This document shows, one piece after another, positions 8,822 to 18,071 of a DNA stretch of 64,000 nucleotides. Position 1 is the stretch's first letter. Every line of letters starts with the position of its first letter. The position numbers and the translations under genes are program-made. A model generated the notes under the pieces. The model was given only the letters and a program-made list of their open reading frames with translations, had not been told where the DNA came from and did no database searches. The stretch is from an uncultured Desulfospira sp. Its GTDB lineage: Bacteria > Desulfobacterota > Desulfobacteria > Desulfobacterales > Desulfobacteraceae. Location of the stretch: the NCBI GenBank assembly GCA_963663165.1, contig OY760175.1:128001-192000 (forward strand), written 5' to 3'.

Positions 8822-10585
8822 ATGAAACATATCAACATGGTAATTGAAATATGCGGCAGTGCGGGGGAGGGGACCATATCGGCCGGTGAAATCCTAAGCC
8901 GTTTCATGAGCTCTCAGGGGTTTGAAATCATGTCCTTTGATTCCTACCCGGCAGAGATCCGGGGGTTTGGAAAATGCGTGGCCCACACCCGGATTTCCAC
9001 AAAACCGCTCTATTCGCCGGGCAAGCTTTCCGATGTGCTCATTGCCCTGAATGATGCCCACGCCATTTCCCAGCTGCCGGTGTTAAAGCCCGGGGGGATT
9101 TTGATATACGACAGCCAGCCCGCCAGAACCCATGAAGAGGATTCAAGCGTGCTGGGACAGAAGGCGGCCTCCGTCACGGCCTACGGTATTCCTCTGGCTG
9201 AGCTGGCTCAGAAGGCGGCCGGAAATACCCGGGGCCGGAACATGGTGGCCTTGGGTGCCCTGGCTGCCCTGACCGGCATGGACCGGGACCGGTTTACAAC
9301 GTCCATCAAAGACCGGTATGCCAAGAAAAAGCAGGTGGTCATTGATTCCAATGTGAATTCCTTTCTGGAGGGGTTTGACTGGACCAGAGACAACATTGAT
9401 AAGGAAGATGAGCTGACCCTGGACGGGGTGACCCCGGAAATATCAGGGGACAAACTGATCATTAACGGCAATCAGCTCACGGCCATGGCCGCCCTGGATG
9501 CCAACCTCAAGTTTTATGCGGGATACCCCATCACCCCGGCCACCAAGATCATGGAGATTTTAAGCAAGGAGCTGCCCAAGGTGGGGGGAACCCTGCTCCA
9601 GACCGAAGATGAAATCTCGGCCATCGGGGCCGTGATCGGGGCAGGATTCGGCGGGGTTCGGGCCATGACGGCCACCTCGGGCCCGGGGTTTGCCCTGATG
9701 ACCGAATTCACCGGCCTGTCCGTCATGGCCGAGGTCCCGGCCGTCATTGTCAACTCCCAGCGGGGAGGACCCTCCACCGGCATTCCCACCAAGACCGAGC
9801 AAAGCGATTTTGAGGCCGCCGTCTTAGGGGGAACCGGGGACTGCCCCCGGGTGGTGCTGGCCCCCACGGACACGGCCTCATGCTATTCGGCCACGGTCCT
9901 GGGGCTCTATCTGGCTGAAAAATACCAGACCCTGGTGGTGATCCTTTTAGATTTTTTTCTGTCCAATTCCATTAAAAATATCAGTGTGCCGGGAAAGCCC
10001 TCTGCCCAACTGATCAACGCCCATGTGGTCCCGGGCCCCGAAGAGCTCAAAGATTACAAACGGTATCGGTTTACCGAAAACGGCATTTCACCCCGGGCCA
10101 TCCCCGGCACCCCGGACGGCATGTTTTTTGCCACCGGCCTGGAACACGATGAGAACGGGCGCCCCAATTACACCGACAAGGGGCATCTGGCCATGACCGA
10201 AAAACGGTTTAAGAAGCACGGGGCTGTTCTTGAGGAAGCCCCGGAACCGGATCTGATTGAACCGGAAAACGGCCGGGCCGATATCGGGGTGATTTCCTGG
10301 GGATCCTCGGCCGGAGCCGCCAAGGAAGCCGTGGCCGCGGCCCGGGATGAGGGCATCTCAGCGGCCTGTTTCAGCAGCCTGATGCTCTCGCCCTTTCCGG
10401 AACAGGCCGTCAGGGATTTCTCAAATCAATGCCGGAAGATCCTGGTGCCGGAGCTGAACTATTCAGGACAGTTTGCGGCCTTTGTGTCCGGGATGATCCA
10501 CCGGCCTGTGGAACGGCTCAATTTTATTACGGGCAGGCCCATGGCATCGGAAGACATTCTCGAAAAGATAAGGGAGATGAAATAA
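8822..10585 (+). CDS. 2-oxoacid:ferredoxin oxidoreductase alpha subunit (KorA-like gamma-alpha fusion); substrate uncertain
   Basis: GSAGEG, YPAEIRG, FYAGYPITPAT, QTEDEISA, TATSGPGF, QRGGPSTGIPTKTEQSD, PELNYSGQ. Confidence 0.92.
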   Translation: MKHINMVIEICGSAGEGTISAGEILSRFMSSQGFEIMSFDSYPAEIRGFGKCVAHTRISTKPLYSPGKLSDVLIALNDAHAISQLPVLKPGGILIYDSQPARTHEEDSSVLGQKAASVTAYGIPLAELAQKAAGNTRGRNMVALGALAALTGMDRDRFTTSIKDRYAKKKQVVIDSNVNSFLEGFDWTRDNIDKEDELTLDGVTPEISGDKLIINGNQLTAMAALDANLKFYAGYPITPATKIMEILSKELPKVGGTLLQTEDEISAIGAVIGAGFGGVRAMTATSGPGFALMTEFTGLSVMAEVPAVIVNSQRGGPSTGIPTKTEQSDFEAAVLGGTGDCPRVVLAPTDTASCYSATVLGLYLAEKYQTLVVILLDFFLSNSIKNISVPGKPSAQLINAHVVPGPEELKDYKRYRFTENGISPRAIPGTPDGMFFATGLEHDENGRPNYTDKGHLAMTEKRFKKHGAVLEEAPEPDLIEPENGRADIGVISWGSSAGAAKEAVAAARDEGISAACFSSLMLSPFPEQAVRDFSNQCRKILVPELNYSGQFAAFVSGMIHRPVERLNFITGRPMASEDILEKIREMK

Positions 10586-11418
10586 TGCCGTTTTTAGACG
10601 AAAAACTTGATCAGGTCCGGGCCCGTGATTTTCTTCAGTACAGGTCCGGGGACCTTCCCACCTGGTGTCCGGGGTGCGGGTATTTTGGCATCATGGACGC
10701 CTTTTACAAGGCTGTCAAAGAGCTCGGGCTCAAGCACGAGGAAATTTGCATGGTCTCCGGGATCGGCTGTTCCGGCCGGACCCCGATATTTGCCGATACT
10801 TACGGGTTTCATACCCTTCACGGCCGGTCCATCCCCGTGGCATCCGGGTTAAAGCTGTCCCGGGACGATTTGACGGTGTTTGCCGTGGCCGGTGACGGGG
10901 ATGCCTTGGGGATCGGCGGGGGGCACCTGCCCCACATTGCCCGCAAAAATATTGACATCACCTTTCTGCTCTTTGATAACTCCATTTACGGGCTGACCAA
11001 AGGGCAGTCTTCGGCCACCACCTCCTTTGCCATGAAGACCAGTTCCCACCCCAGCGGCAACCCGGACACCCCCCTGAACCCCATTAAGCTGGCCCTGGCA
11101 TACGGGGCCTCTTTTGTGGCCAGGGCCTATGCCGGGGACCCGGAAACCACCAAAGAGATCATCAAGCAGGGGACCCGTCACACCGGGTTCAGCTTTATCC
11201 AGATCCTGACCCCCTGCGTGACCTTTGACAAGACCAACCGGACCTGGAAAGCCCTGAAGGAGAATGTCTATCACCTGACCTTTCCGGCCAAAGAGAAAAA
11301 TATGGAGGCCGCCATGCGGGCCGCGGAGTATGAGCCTTATGCCGTGGGCGTGTTTTATCAGGATGCGGACCGGCCCGGCTACCGGGAGGTGCTTGAAAGG
11401 ATGAAGGCTGAAGGATGA
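10585..11418 (+). CDS. 2-oxoacid:ferredoxin oxidoreductase beta subunit (TPP-binding, KorB-like)
   Basis: TWCPGCG, SGIGCSGR, HTLHGR, GDGD...DNSIYGLTKGQ, PCVTF; TAATG overlap with the alpha gene. Confidence 0.92.
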   Translation: MPFLDEKLDQVRARDFLQYRSGDLPTWCPGCGYFGIMDAFYKAVKELGLKHEEICMVSGIGCSGRTPIFADTYGFHTLHGRSIPVASGLKLSRDDLTVFAVAGDGDALGIGGGHLPHIARKNIDITFLLFDNSIYGLTKGQSSATTSFAMKTSSHPSGNPDTPLNPIKLALAYGASFVARAYAGDPETTKEIIKQGTRHTGFSFIQILTPCVTFDKTNRTWKALKENVYHLTFPAKEKNMEAAMRAAEYEPYAVGVFYQDADRPGYREVLERMKAEG

Positions 11419-11443
11419 AGGATGAAATTGTGAGGGATACCCT

Positions 11444-11890
11444 ATGAGCGAGAACCAGTTGATTGTCCGGTGCGCGGCCTGCGGCACCAAAAACCGGGTG
11501 CCGGAGAGCCGGATAACCCAGCAGCCCAAGTGCGGAAAATGCGGGGAACTGCTGCGGGTTGAGATTTTTGACAAGCCGGTGAATGTGACCGATGCCGGCT
11601 TTGAGCGGGAGGTGATCCAGTCGGCCATTCCCGTGCTGGTGGACTGCTGGGCCCCCTGGTGCGGCCCCTGCCGGGCCGTGGCCCCCATCCTGGATGAGCT
11701 GGCCGCAGGGTTCAGGGGACGCCTTAAGATCGCCAAGGTCAATGTGGATGAGAATCCCATGACCAGTTCCCGGTACGGCATTCAGAGCATTCCCACCATG
11801 CTCTTTGTCAAAAACGGAAAGGTCATGGATCAGGTGGCCGGGGCCCTGCCCAAAGAGGCATTGGAAAGCCGGATTGCCGCATTCCTCTAA
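11444..11890 (+). CDS. trxC: Thioredoxin 2 (zinc-binding N-terminus)
   Basis: CAAC...KNR...CGKC zinc motif and WAPWCGPC active site. Confidence 0.92.
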   Translation: MSENQLIVRCAACGTKNRVPESRITQQPKCGKCGELLRVEIFDKPVNVTDAGFEREVIQSAIPVLVDCWAPWCGPCRAVAPILDELAAGFRGRLKIAKVNVDENPMTSSRYGIQSIPTMLFVKNGKVMDQVAGALPKEALESRIAAFL

Positions 11891-11897
11891 ACCAGGG

Positions 11898-12860
11898 TTG
11901 CCGGAGCTAAGAAGCCCGGATTTCGGTAATTTTCTTGAAACAACCTGGGGAATCCGCATCAAGGCAGTCCGGCCGGAATTCTGTATTCAGGGCAGCCCCC
12001 AGCGGACCCTTGCCCGGGCCGTGATCGAGGAACAGGACCATGGCCTGTTCCTGCTGGAAAAATTTGATCCGCACAAGGTTGACCATCGCCGGAATGTGGC
12101 CCATGCCCTGGCCTTTCTTGACGGAAAGGGGCTTGGCCGGATCCTGCCCCCCATCAACACGTTAAGCCGGGAGGCGCTGCCGTTCTGGGGGGACGGCGGC
12201 TGGCAGCTTACCCGGTTTGTTGCGGGAACCGGGCTTGACCGGCCCGGATATCTGGCATCAGCCCCCATGGGCGCAAACCTTGCCGATTTTCTGGTCCGGA
12301 TGCAAACGGCCTCAAAGGGCATTGAGACCGTGGTGCCGGTTTCTGTCTTTTCCATTCCATCCTATATCCAGACCCTCATGGACCGGGTGAAAATCCATCG
12401 TCCTGAAATCTACCGGCGATATCATCCCTTTGCCCGTTTTCTTGACCGCAAGTTCATGAAGGCCCATGACCGGATTCCAGCGGCTTTCTGCCACGGGGAT
12501 TTTCATCCCCTTAATGTGATCTGGCACCATGAAACCCCCCTGGCCGTCATTGACTGGGAGTTTACCGGGTTTAAGCCTGAAATTTTTGATGCCGCCAACC
12601 TGGTGGGCTGCGCCGGCATCGAAGACCCGGAGGGCCTTGGCATGCCCATGGTCATGACCTTTATCCGGAAACTTAAGGCATCCGGGATCATCAGCCCTGA
12701 GGGGTGGGACCTGTTCCCGGAATATGTTCTGGCCCTGCGCTTTGCCTGGCTGTCCGAATGGCTGCGCCATAACGACACCGTTATGCTGGACCTTGAAGCC
12801 CGATTCATGGACATCCTGATGACCCGCATGGACGACCTGCGCCGGATCTGGAATTGCTGA
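11898..12860 (+). CDS. APH-family / type II homoserine kinase-like phosphotransferase
   Basis: CHGDFHPLNVIW and VIDWE motifs. Start uncertain (in-frame TTG 11898 chosen to avoid overlapping trxC). Confidence 0.75.
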   Translation: MPELRSPDFGNFLETTWGIRIKAVRPEFCIQGSPQRTLARAVIEEQDHGLFLLEKFDPHKVDHRRNVAHALAFLDGKGLGRILPPINTLSREALPFWGDGGWQLTRFVAGTGLDRPGYLASAPMGANLADFLVRMQTASKGIETVVPVSVFSIPSYIQTLMDRVKIHRPEIYRRYHPFARFLDRKFMKAHDRIPAAFCHGDFHPLNVIWHHETPLAVIDWEFTGFKPEIFDAANLVGCAGIEDPEGLGMPMVMTFIRKLKASGIISPEGWDLFPEYVLALRFAWLSEWLRHNDTVMLDLEARFMDILMTRMDDLRRIWNC

Positions 12861-12987
12861 AAAAACCGGAAACTGCAATTGGGGCTGTCCCAAAATTACA
12901 CGCTTGGCCCAGCCTTAGAGACACCTTGCTCAATGACGGAATTACTGAATCCGCCAGAAATAGTTAAGATCATGAACATTGCCCAGA

Positions 12988-15900
12988 TTAACAATCAGGC
13001 TTGCCGGTAAGTGTGTTGCTGATTAACCAGTTGTAAAGACCCTCAGCTACAGTTCGTGCCTCAGGGTTTAAACCAAACAGGAGTTCTTTTTCCTGGAAAA
13101 AAGCCTGGGCCGCAGCCGCATAAGGTTCCAGTGACATATCAAACCCATGATTTTTTAAAAAATTAAGATAAAATGTATCAAACCCAAGGTTCTTAATAAG
13201 CCTTGTAAGCCGGAGCAGGTCAACCCTGAAGACGATCCACAGTTCTATAGGGTTCTTTTCAAATACCGGCCTTAACCGGTCACAACACAAACCAGGATTG
13301 CCTTCAATTAAATCGTGTGCTGCCAGCAATAAGGCTTTACCCGGAAAGGGCAGGTTGTGAATGCTTTCCAATTGCTCCTTGAATCTGTGAATATTTTTTT
13401 GTTTTAAATTCAGCCAGAGGAGATTGGCTTTGCAAATGCTTCCATCCGGATCAAGTTTGATGGCTTCCAGATAAGCGGCCTTACTGTCTTCATCCTTATT
13501 AAGATGGTCCTGGTACAAGCTGCCCAGGCCATCCCATGGCTGGACAATTGTGGGATCAAGTTTAATGGCTTTTTTATAAACCCGTTCACTGTCTTGATAT
13601 CGGTTAAGATGCTCCCTGTACAAATTACCCAGGCCATTCCACGGGTAAGCATATGTGGGATCAAGTTCTATGGCCTTTTGGTAAGCCTGTTCGCTTTCTT
13701 CATATCGGTTAAGACGCTCCCCGTACAAATTACCCAGGCCATTCCACGGGTAAGCATATGTGGGATCAAGTTCTATGGCCTTTTGGTAAGCCTGTTCGCT
13801 TTCTTCATATCGGTTAAGACGCCCCTCATACAAATTACCCAGGCCATTCCACGGGTAAGCAGATACGGGATCAAGTTCCATGGCTTTTTTGTAAGCCTGT
13901 TCACTGTCCTCATATCGGTTTAGGTAAAACTGGTACAACCCCGCCAGATTAAACCATACGTCAGCGTTCGTTGGATCAATCTCTATGGTTTGCTTGTATG
14001 CCCGTTCGCTGTTTTCATATTGGTTGAGGTGAGTCTGGTATAAGATCCCCAGATTGAACCAGGCAGTAGGGTTCGTTGGATTGAATTTAATGGCTTTTTT
14101 GTAGGCGTGTTCACTGTCCTTATATCGTTTGAGGTGAGCCTGGTACAAGTTCCCCAGATTTAACCAAATGAGATCATTTTTGGGGTTGAATTTAATGGCT
14201 TTTTGGTAAGCCCGTTCGCTGTCTTCATATCGGTTGAGGTGAACTTCGTATAACTTACCCAGATTTACCCATATGGATACATCTGTTGGGCTGAGCCCAA
14301 CGGCCTTTTTATAAGCCATTTCGCTCTTTTCGTATTGATTGAGGTGATATTGGCACAACCCGCCCAGATTAGCCCATATAAGTGCATTTGTTGGGTCAAG
14401 TTCAAGGGCCCTTTTGTAGGCCTGTTCACTTTCATTAAACCGGTTGAGATGTCCTCGGTACAAGTTCCCCAGGCCGTTCCAGGGGAAAGAAATTGTTGAG
14501 TCAAGTTCAATGGCATTTTTGTAAGCCTGTTCACTTTCTTCATACCGACTGAGTCGGATCTGGAACAAATTTCCCAGATTGTTCCAGGCAAGTGCGGTAG
14601 TCGGGGGCATTGCCTGACAAAAGGTTAAGAATTTTTCAATATCGGCATCTTTTGCGGACTCAAAAGTTTTAGAATATAAAAAGATATCGATAAAGTCATT
14701 ATCTTCACTGCCTGACAGAACCGCCAGTGCTTCCACAGGATCGGAAAATGATGTGAGGATACCATCCCTAAAAAGAGCGGACACTTTTTTGTATGGCGTA
14801 TCACCTAATACCTTTTTGATTCGCTGGGTTTCACTATAGAGAAAATCTGATAATTTTTTTTGTTGGGTAACGTCGAAATCTTTGGCAAAGTCCGCGTAAC
14901 GCTGTTTGCTTTTTAAACTCAACCCTATCGATTCGGAGACCTGTTGGGCCAATTCCCCGGCATCTGATGGAGATGCGCCGGCGGTAATGAATCCTTGGGC
15001 CATTTTTTTTCTACGAAGGTCATGGTCCAGTATCTTGGGCTCATAGTCTTCACCGGGCAGCAGATTCTGAATGAAGTCCGGGGTCTTGCCAATCAAAGGT
15101 TTTGTCAGGGCAGTGCGAAGTGCCTGCTGAAGCGGAGCATCGTGGTCCATGGCGTGAAGAAGGGCATCGCTGTAAAGGTTCCTGCAGGTGTTCTCTCTTG
15201 CAATTAACTGCCTGGCCTGGTCCCCAAGTTCCGTTTTTGAATAATAGGTTGACAAAAACCGGCTCAGCCACTGCAACCTGAGGCGGTTGCGCCGTGTGCC
15301 GTGGCGCATGAGATACCAGATATTATAGAACCTCTCTGCCAATTGGACCCCGTTTCGTTTAGGGCCCATGGACACTCGTTCCAGCAGGCCGTCTTTTTTC
15401 AGCCGGTTTATGAGCCCTGACAATGTGGTTGGGACAATTCCGGTAGTTTTTGATATTTCGGCCGAAGAGATTGGGTCCCATGCCAGGGCCACGGCATCAA
15501 TAACCCGGCGCTGCTGCTGCGACAGTTCTTCAGTCCGGGATTTATACAGGGGGGTGGTGGTCTCAAGGACCCCCTCCAGAAGCTGTCCCATATCTCCACC
15601 GTCGTCCGGAACTGCTTTGGCTATGGTTTCAAGAACCTGGTAGATTAAAACCAGGGTCCTGGGATTGCCCCCGCACAGGGTATGCATGACCCTGATTCGC
15701 TGGGGATGGCGCTGCATATCCAAAAGGACGTCCAGTCCGGGCTTTCCTCTTGTCCGGGCCAGCCGGACCAGGCATTCCTTCATCTCATGGGAATCCAGTG
15801 CCCCAAGGTCATCCATGGAAAAAAAATCGTAAAACGGTCCTTCCCGTTGGGAAAGCTGGGGCAGATGGGTTGGCGTGCAGGCAATCATCAGGGGGGCATG

Positions 15901-16452
15901 TTTATCAAGCAAGCTTTTTCTTAAAGCCCATTGATCTGTTACCGCCAGGCTGTCAAGGATAAGATTCAGGTTGTCCACCAACAGGATCAAGCGCCTGCTG
16001 TTCGCATCAGCAACGGCACAGATGTCTCTGTACAGATCCTTGCTTGCACGAACTGCATGATCTAAGGATTCAGCCTGGGCTGGTTTTCCGTTTTTTTCAC
16101 ACCAGTCAGCCAGGGCGTCGGCACAATTTTTCCAGAAATCATTTAATTGCCCGATATTATACTGCTCTTCCCGGAAATTGAGCGGTATCCAGGCTTGGGA
16201 AAGTGTGTGGTCATCTCTTACGGCCAAAGCGATTCTTCGCAGCAGCGACGTTTTTCCCATGCCCCGTTGCCCGAACACCAGACGGTGGTGAAGAATGGTC
16301 TGGTTGCCGCTTTCTGCGATGTGGCGCAGCATTCGATTCAAAAGAGGGAGCCGGGCCACAAATGTATTGAGAAAGTCGGTTTCATTCAGTTGCAGGGGAT
16401 CATAGACAGCCATTCGGAGTGTGGTGCCGGCTTTTTCTTCGGTCACAGACAT
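12988..16452 (-). CDS. STAND-like P-loop NTPase with winged-HTH and C-terminal array of 11 TPRs
   Basis: Walker A FGQRGMGKT, Walker B LILLVDN, GGNPR motif, wHTH (ISSAEISKTTGIVPTTLSGLINRLKKDGLL), eleven 35-aa W..LG.LY...L.RY..SE.AY..AI.L.P repeats. Confidence 0.85.
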   Translation of the reverse strand: MSVTEEKAGTTLRMAVYDPLQLNETDFLNTFVARLPLLNRMLRHIAESGNQTILHHRLVFGQRGMGKTSLLRRIALAVRDDHTLSQAWIPLNFREEQYNIGQLNDFWKNCADALADWCEKNGKPAQAESLDHAVRASKDLYRDICAVADANSRRLILLVDNLNLILDSLAVTDQWALRKSLLDKHAPLMIACTPTHLPQLSQREGPFYDFFSMDDLGALDSHEMKECLVRLARTRGKPGLDVLLDMQRHPQRIRVMHTLCGGNPRTLVLIYQVLETIAKAVPDDGGDMGQLLEGVLETTTPLYKSRTEELSQQQRRVIDAVALAWDPISSAEISKTTGIVPTTLSGLINRLKKDGLLERVSMGPKRNGVQLAERFYNIWYLMRHGTRRNRLRLQWLSRFLSTYYSKTELGDQARQLIARENTCRNLYSDALLHAMDHDAPLQQALRTALTKPLIGKTPDFIQNLLPGEDYEPKILDHDLRRKKMAQGFITAGASPSDAGELAQQVSESIGLSLKSKQRYADFAKDFDVTQQKKLSDFLYSETQRIKKVLGDTPYKKVSALFRDGILTSFSDPVEALAVLSGSEDNDFIDIFLYSKTFESAKDADIEKFLTFCQAMPPTTALAWNNLGNLFQIRLSRYEESEQAYKNAIELDSTISFPWNGLGNLYRGHLNRFNESEQAYKRALELDPTNALIWANLGGLCQYHLNQYEKSEMAYKKAVGLSPTDVSIWVNLGKLYEVHLNRYEDSERAYQKAIKFNPKNDLIWLNLGNLYQAHLKRYKDSEHAYKKAIKFNPTNPTAWFNLGILYQTHLNQYENSERAYKQTIEIDPTNADVWFNLAGLYQFYLNRYEDSEQAYKKAMELDPVSAYPWNGLGNLYEGRLNRYEESEQAYQKAIELDPTYAYPWNGLGNLYGERLNRYEESEQAYQKAIELDPTYAYPWNGLGNLYREHLNRYQDSERVYKKAIKLDPTIVQPWDGLGSLYQDHLNKDEDSKAAYLEAIKLDPDGSICKANLLWLNLKQKNIHRFKEQLESIHNLPFPGKALLLAAHDLIEGNPGLCCDRLRPVFEKNPIELWIVFRVDLLRLTRLIKNLGFDTFYLNFLKNHGFDMSLEPYAAAAQAFFQEKELLFGLNPEARTVAEGLYNWLISNTLTGKPDC
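13445..14595 (-). repeat. Intragenic 105-bp tandem repeat encoding TPR units
   Basis: caaattacccaggccattccacgggtaagc recurs at 13621, 13726 and 13831 (105-bp period); the other units are more diverged. Confidence 0.9.
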
Positions 16453-17563
16453 TGGTATCTCCTCCAGTATTCACGGAGCAGCCCGAAAACAAATCGATAC
16501 TGTCCAGTGTCAGAGGCTTTGCTGATAAACCCGTCGTTTTCCAGAGAAACGATGGTGTTTCGAAGGCCGGTGATATCTATTTTGCTTAGCTTCTCATTGT
16601 TTCGAAGGGATTCCAGGCTCTCCCCGTCCGGATGGCAGCTGAGAATGTTTAACACGGCATGGGCCATTAATTTTTGCTGGTCCGGATAGTTTCGGTTGAT
16701 GTGGTCGGGCCAGTCTGAAAATATCCGGTTGAACGGATGCCTAAGCAAAGTGTCAAACGCCTGATCGATATGTGCCGCAGTAATGCTCATGCCTTCTGGA
16801 ACTTCATCTTCAATCCGGTCCAGAAAGCCTGACAAGTAGTGGGGAGCCAACCAGCCGAGCCGGGTATGCATTAAGTCATGCCCATTCTTATCCGGCTTTG
16901 GTAAATTCCGCCTGCCACAAAGGTCATTCACGAATGCGGTTGCCTGTTTCGGCGTGAGGGGCGCCAAAGGAAAAGGGTCCAGAAGGTTAAGCGTGCCTCC
17001 CAGCCCATATTGGTCAGCCACATGATCAATGCCAATGGAGCCGGTAAGTAACCACCGAATATTCGGATACTGCTGCTGGTGCTCCGAAGCCTTCTCATGA
17101 AAGCGCGGCCTTGGATTTCATCAACCGCCAGAAGGCTTGACAGGCAGACAGAAATCTCATCAATAAGAATCAGGCTTGGACGGTCGGCACTGTTCAGAGC
17201 CTTTAAGGTTGCGTTCAACATAGACTCCCAGTTTGATTTAAGCAACAGCTCCTGGTAGGTGTTTGCCGGTGTGTCCCCTTGGAGAATATCGGTTACCCGT
17301 TTGCCCAGCTGCTGCCACAAAGAAAGGAAAAATTTTTTTTCACTGATTTCTTTGCATATCCTTCGTACAGCACCCAGGGCAGTCGTTTCGGCTTCCAGGT
17401 CTACAAAAACAGCCGTAATGTTGCGGGCCTTGGCATCTTCTTCAAGTTTGCGCATCAGCCAAGTCTTTCCCAGACGTCTGGGGGCAAATAATGCCACATG
17501 CTTTCCGCGTTCAAAAAGTTGCCATAGCTTCTGCCGTTCTTTTTCTCTTTCCCAAATGGTCAT
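16443..17563 (-). pseudogene. P-loop ATPase with C-terminal wHTH-like region, split by a single-base frameshift near 17084
   Basis: Walker A FAPRRLGKT and Walker B LILIDE in ORF 17563-16928. Adding one G to cttcggagcac gives LREHQQQYPNIRWLLTGSIGIDHVADQY, continuing into ORF 17021-16443. May be a sequencing error. Confidence 0.8.
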
Positions 17564-17787
17564 TTTCTATCCTCTTTAAATAAATTCAACAATGAATATA
17601 TTTCATTTTGAATATTTTTTCAAGAACAACGTTCTTTATCCCCATCCAATCTCTCATAAAGGGAATTTCAAGATTCCCTTTATGGCGAATAAGCCGAAGT
17701 CTGAGGGAGTGGAACAGTTTTTTGCTTTACCGCTCAAACCGGGGAATTCGCAAATCCGGTCTCTCGTTTCCCGTCTCCGGCCTCCCT

Positions 17788-17881
17788 ATAACGGCCACGG
17801 GCCGCCTTGGTTATCCAACCAAGAACCGCCCACAACAAATATTGAAAGTCTTCTCAGGACGTTAGTGAGACTTTCATATAA
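17788..17881 (+). repeat. 94-nt structured dispersed repeat (copy 1), followed by a truncated tandem copy at 17878-17917
   Basis: Matches the reverse complement of 40707-40800 with 5 mismatches by eye; hairpins cttggtt-atcc-aaccaag and tgaaagtct...agactttca. Confidence 0.9.
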
Positions 17882-18071
17882 CGGTCACGGACCACAAGCC
17901 CACAACGAATAATGAAACTGAAGATACCAGCAACGGTAGACTATAAATTGGGCACCGCAGGTGCTTCGCCCTCTTGTCTCTTGTGTCTTGTCTCCAGTTT
18001 CTTATAAAAATAACCGTTTCCTTTTGATGGGAGTTCCATTATGGTATATGGACTTTCAAGTGGAGGGAATT

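Noticed and set aside
12880..12926. GGGGCTGTCCCAAAA...TTAGAGACACC as IS-end remnants at the edge of the ATPase/TPR module
   Set aside because: Too short and degenerate to support; no TSD or second copy seen.
13590..13870. Near-identical TPR units with A/G differences as a diversity-generating retroelement
   Set aside because: No reverse transcriptase or separate template repeat in the window; tandem in-frame duplication explains the pattern.
17788..17881. 94-nt repeat as an integron attC site
   Set aside because: TAAC and GTTA motifs are present, but it does not form one long R''/R' hairpin, there is no cassette array and no integrase.
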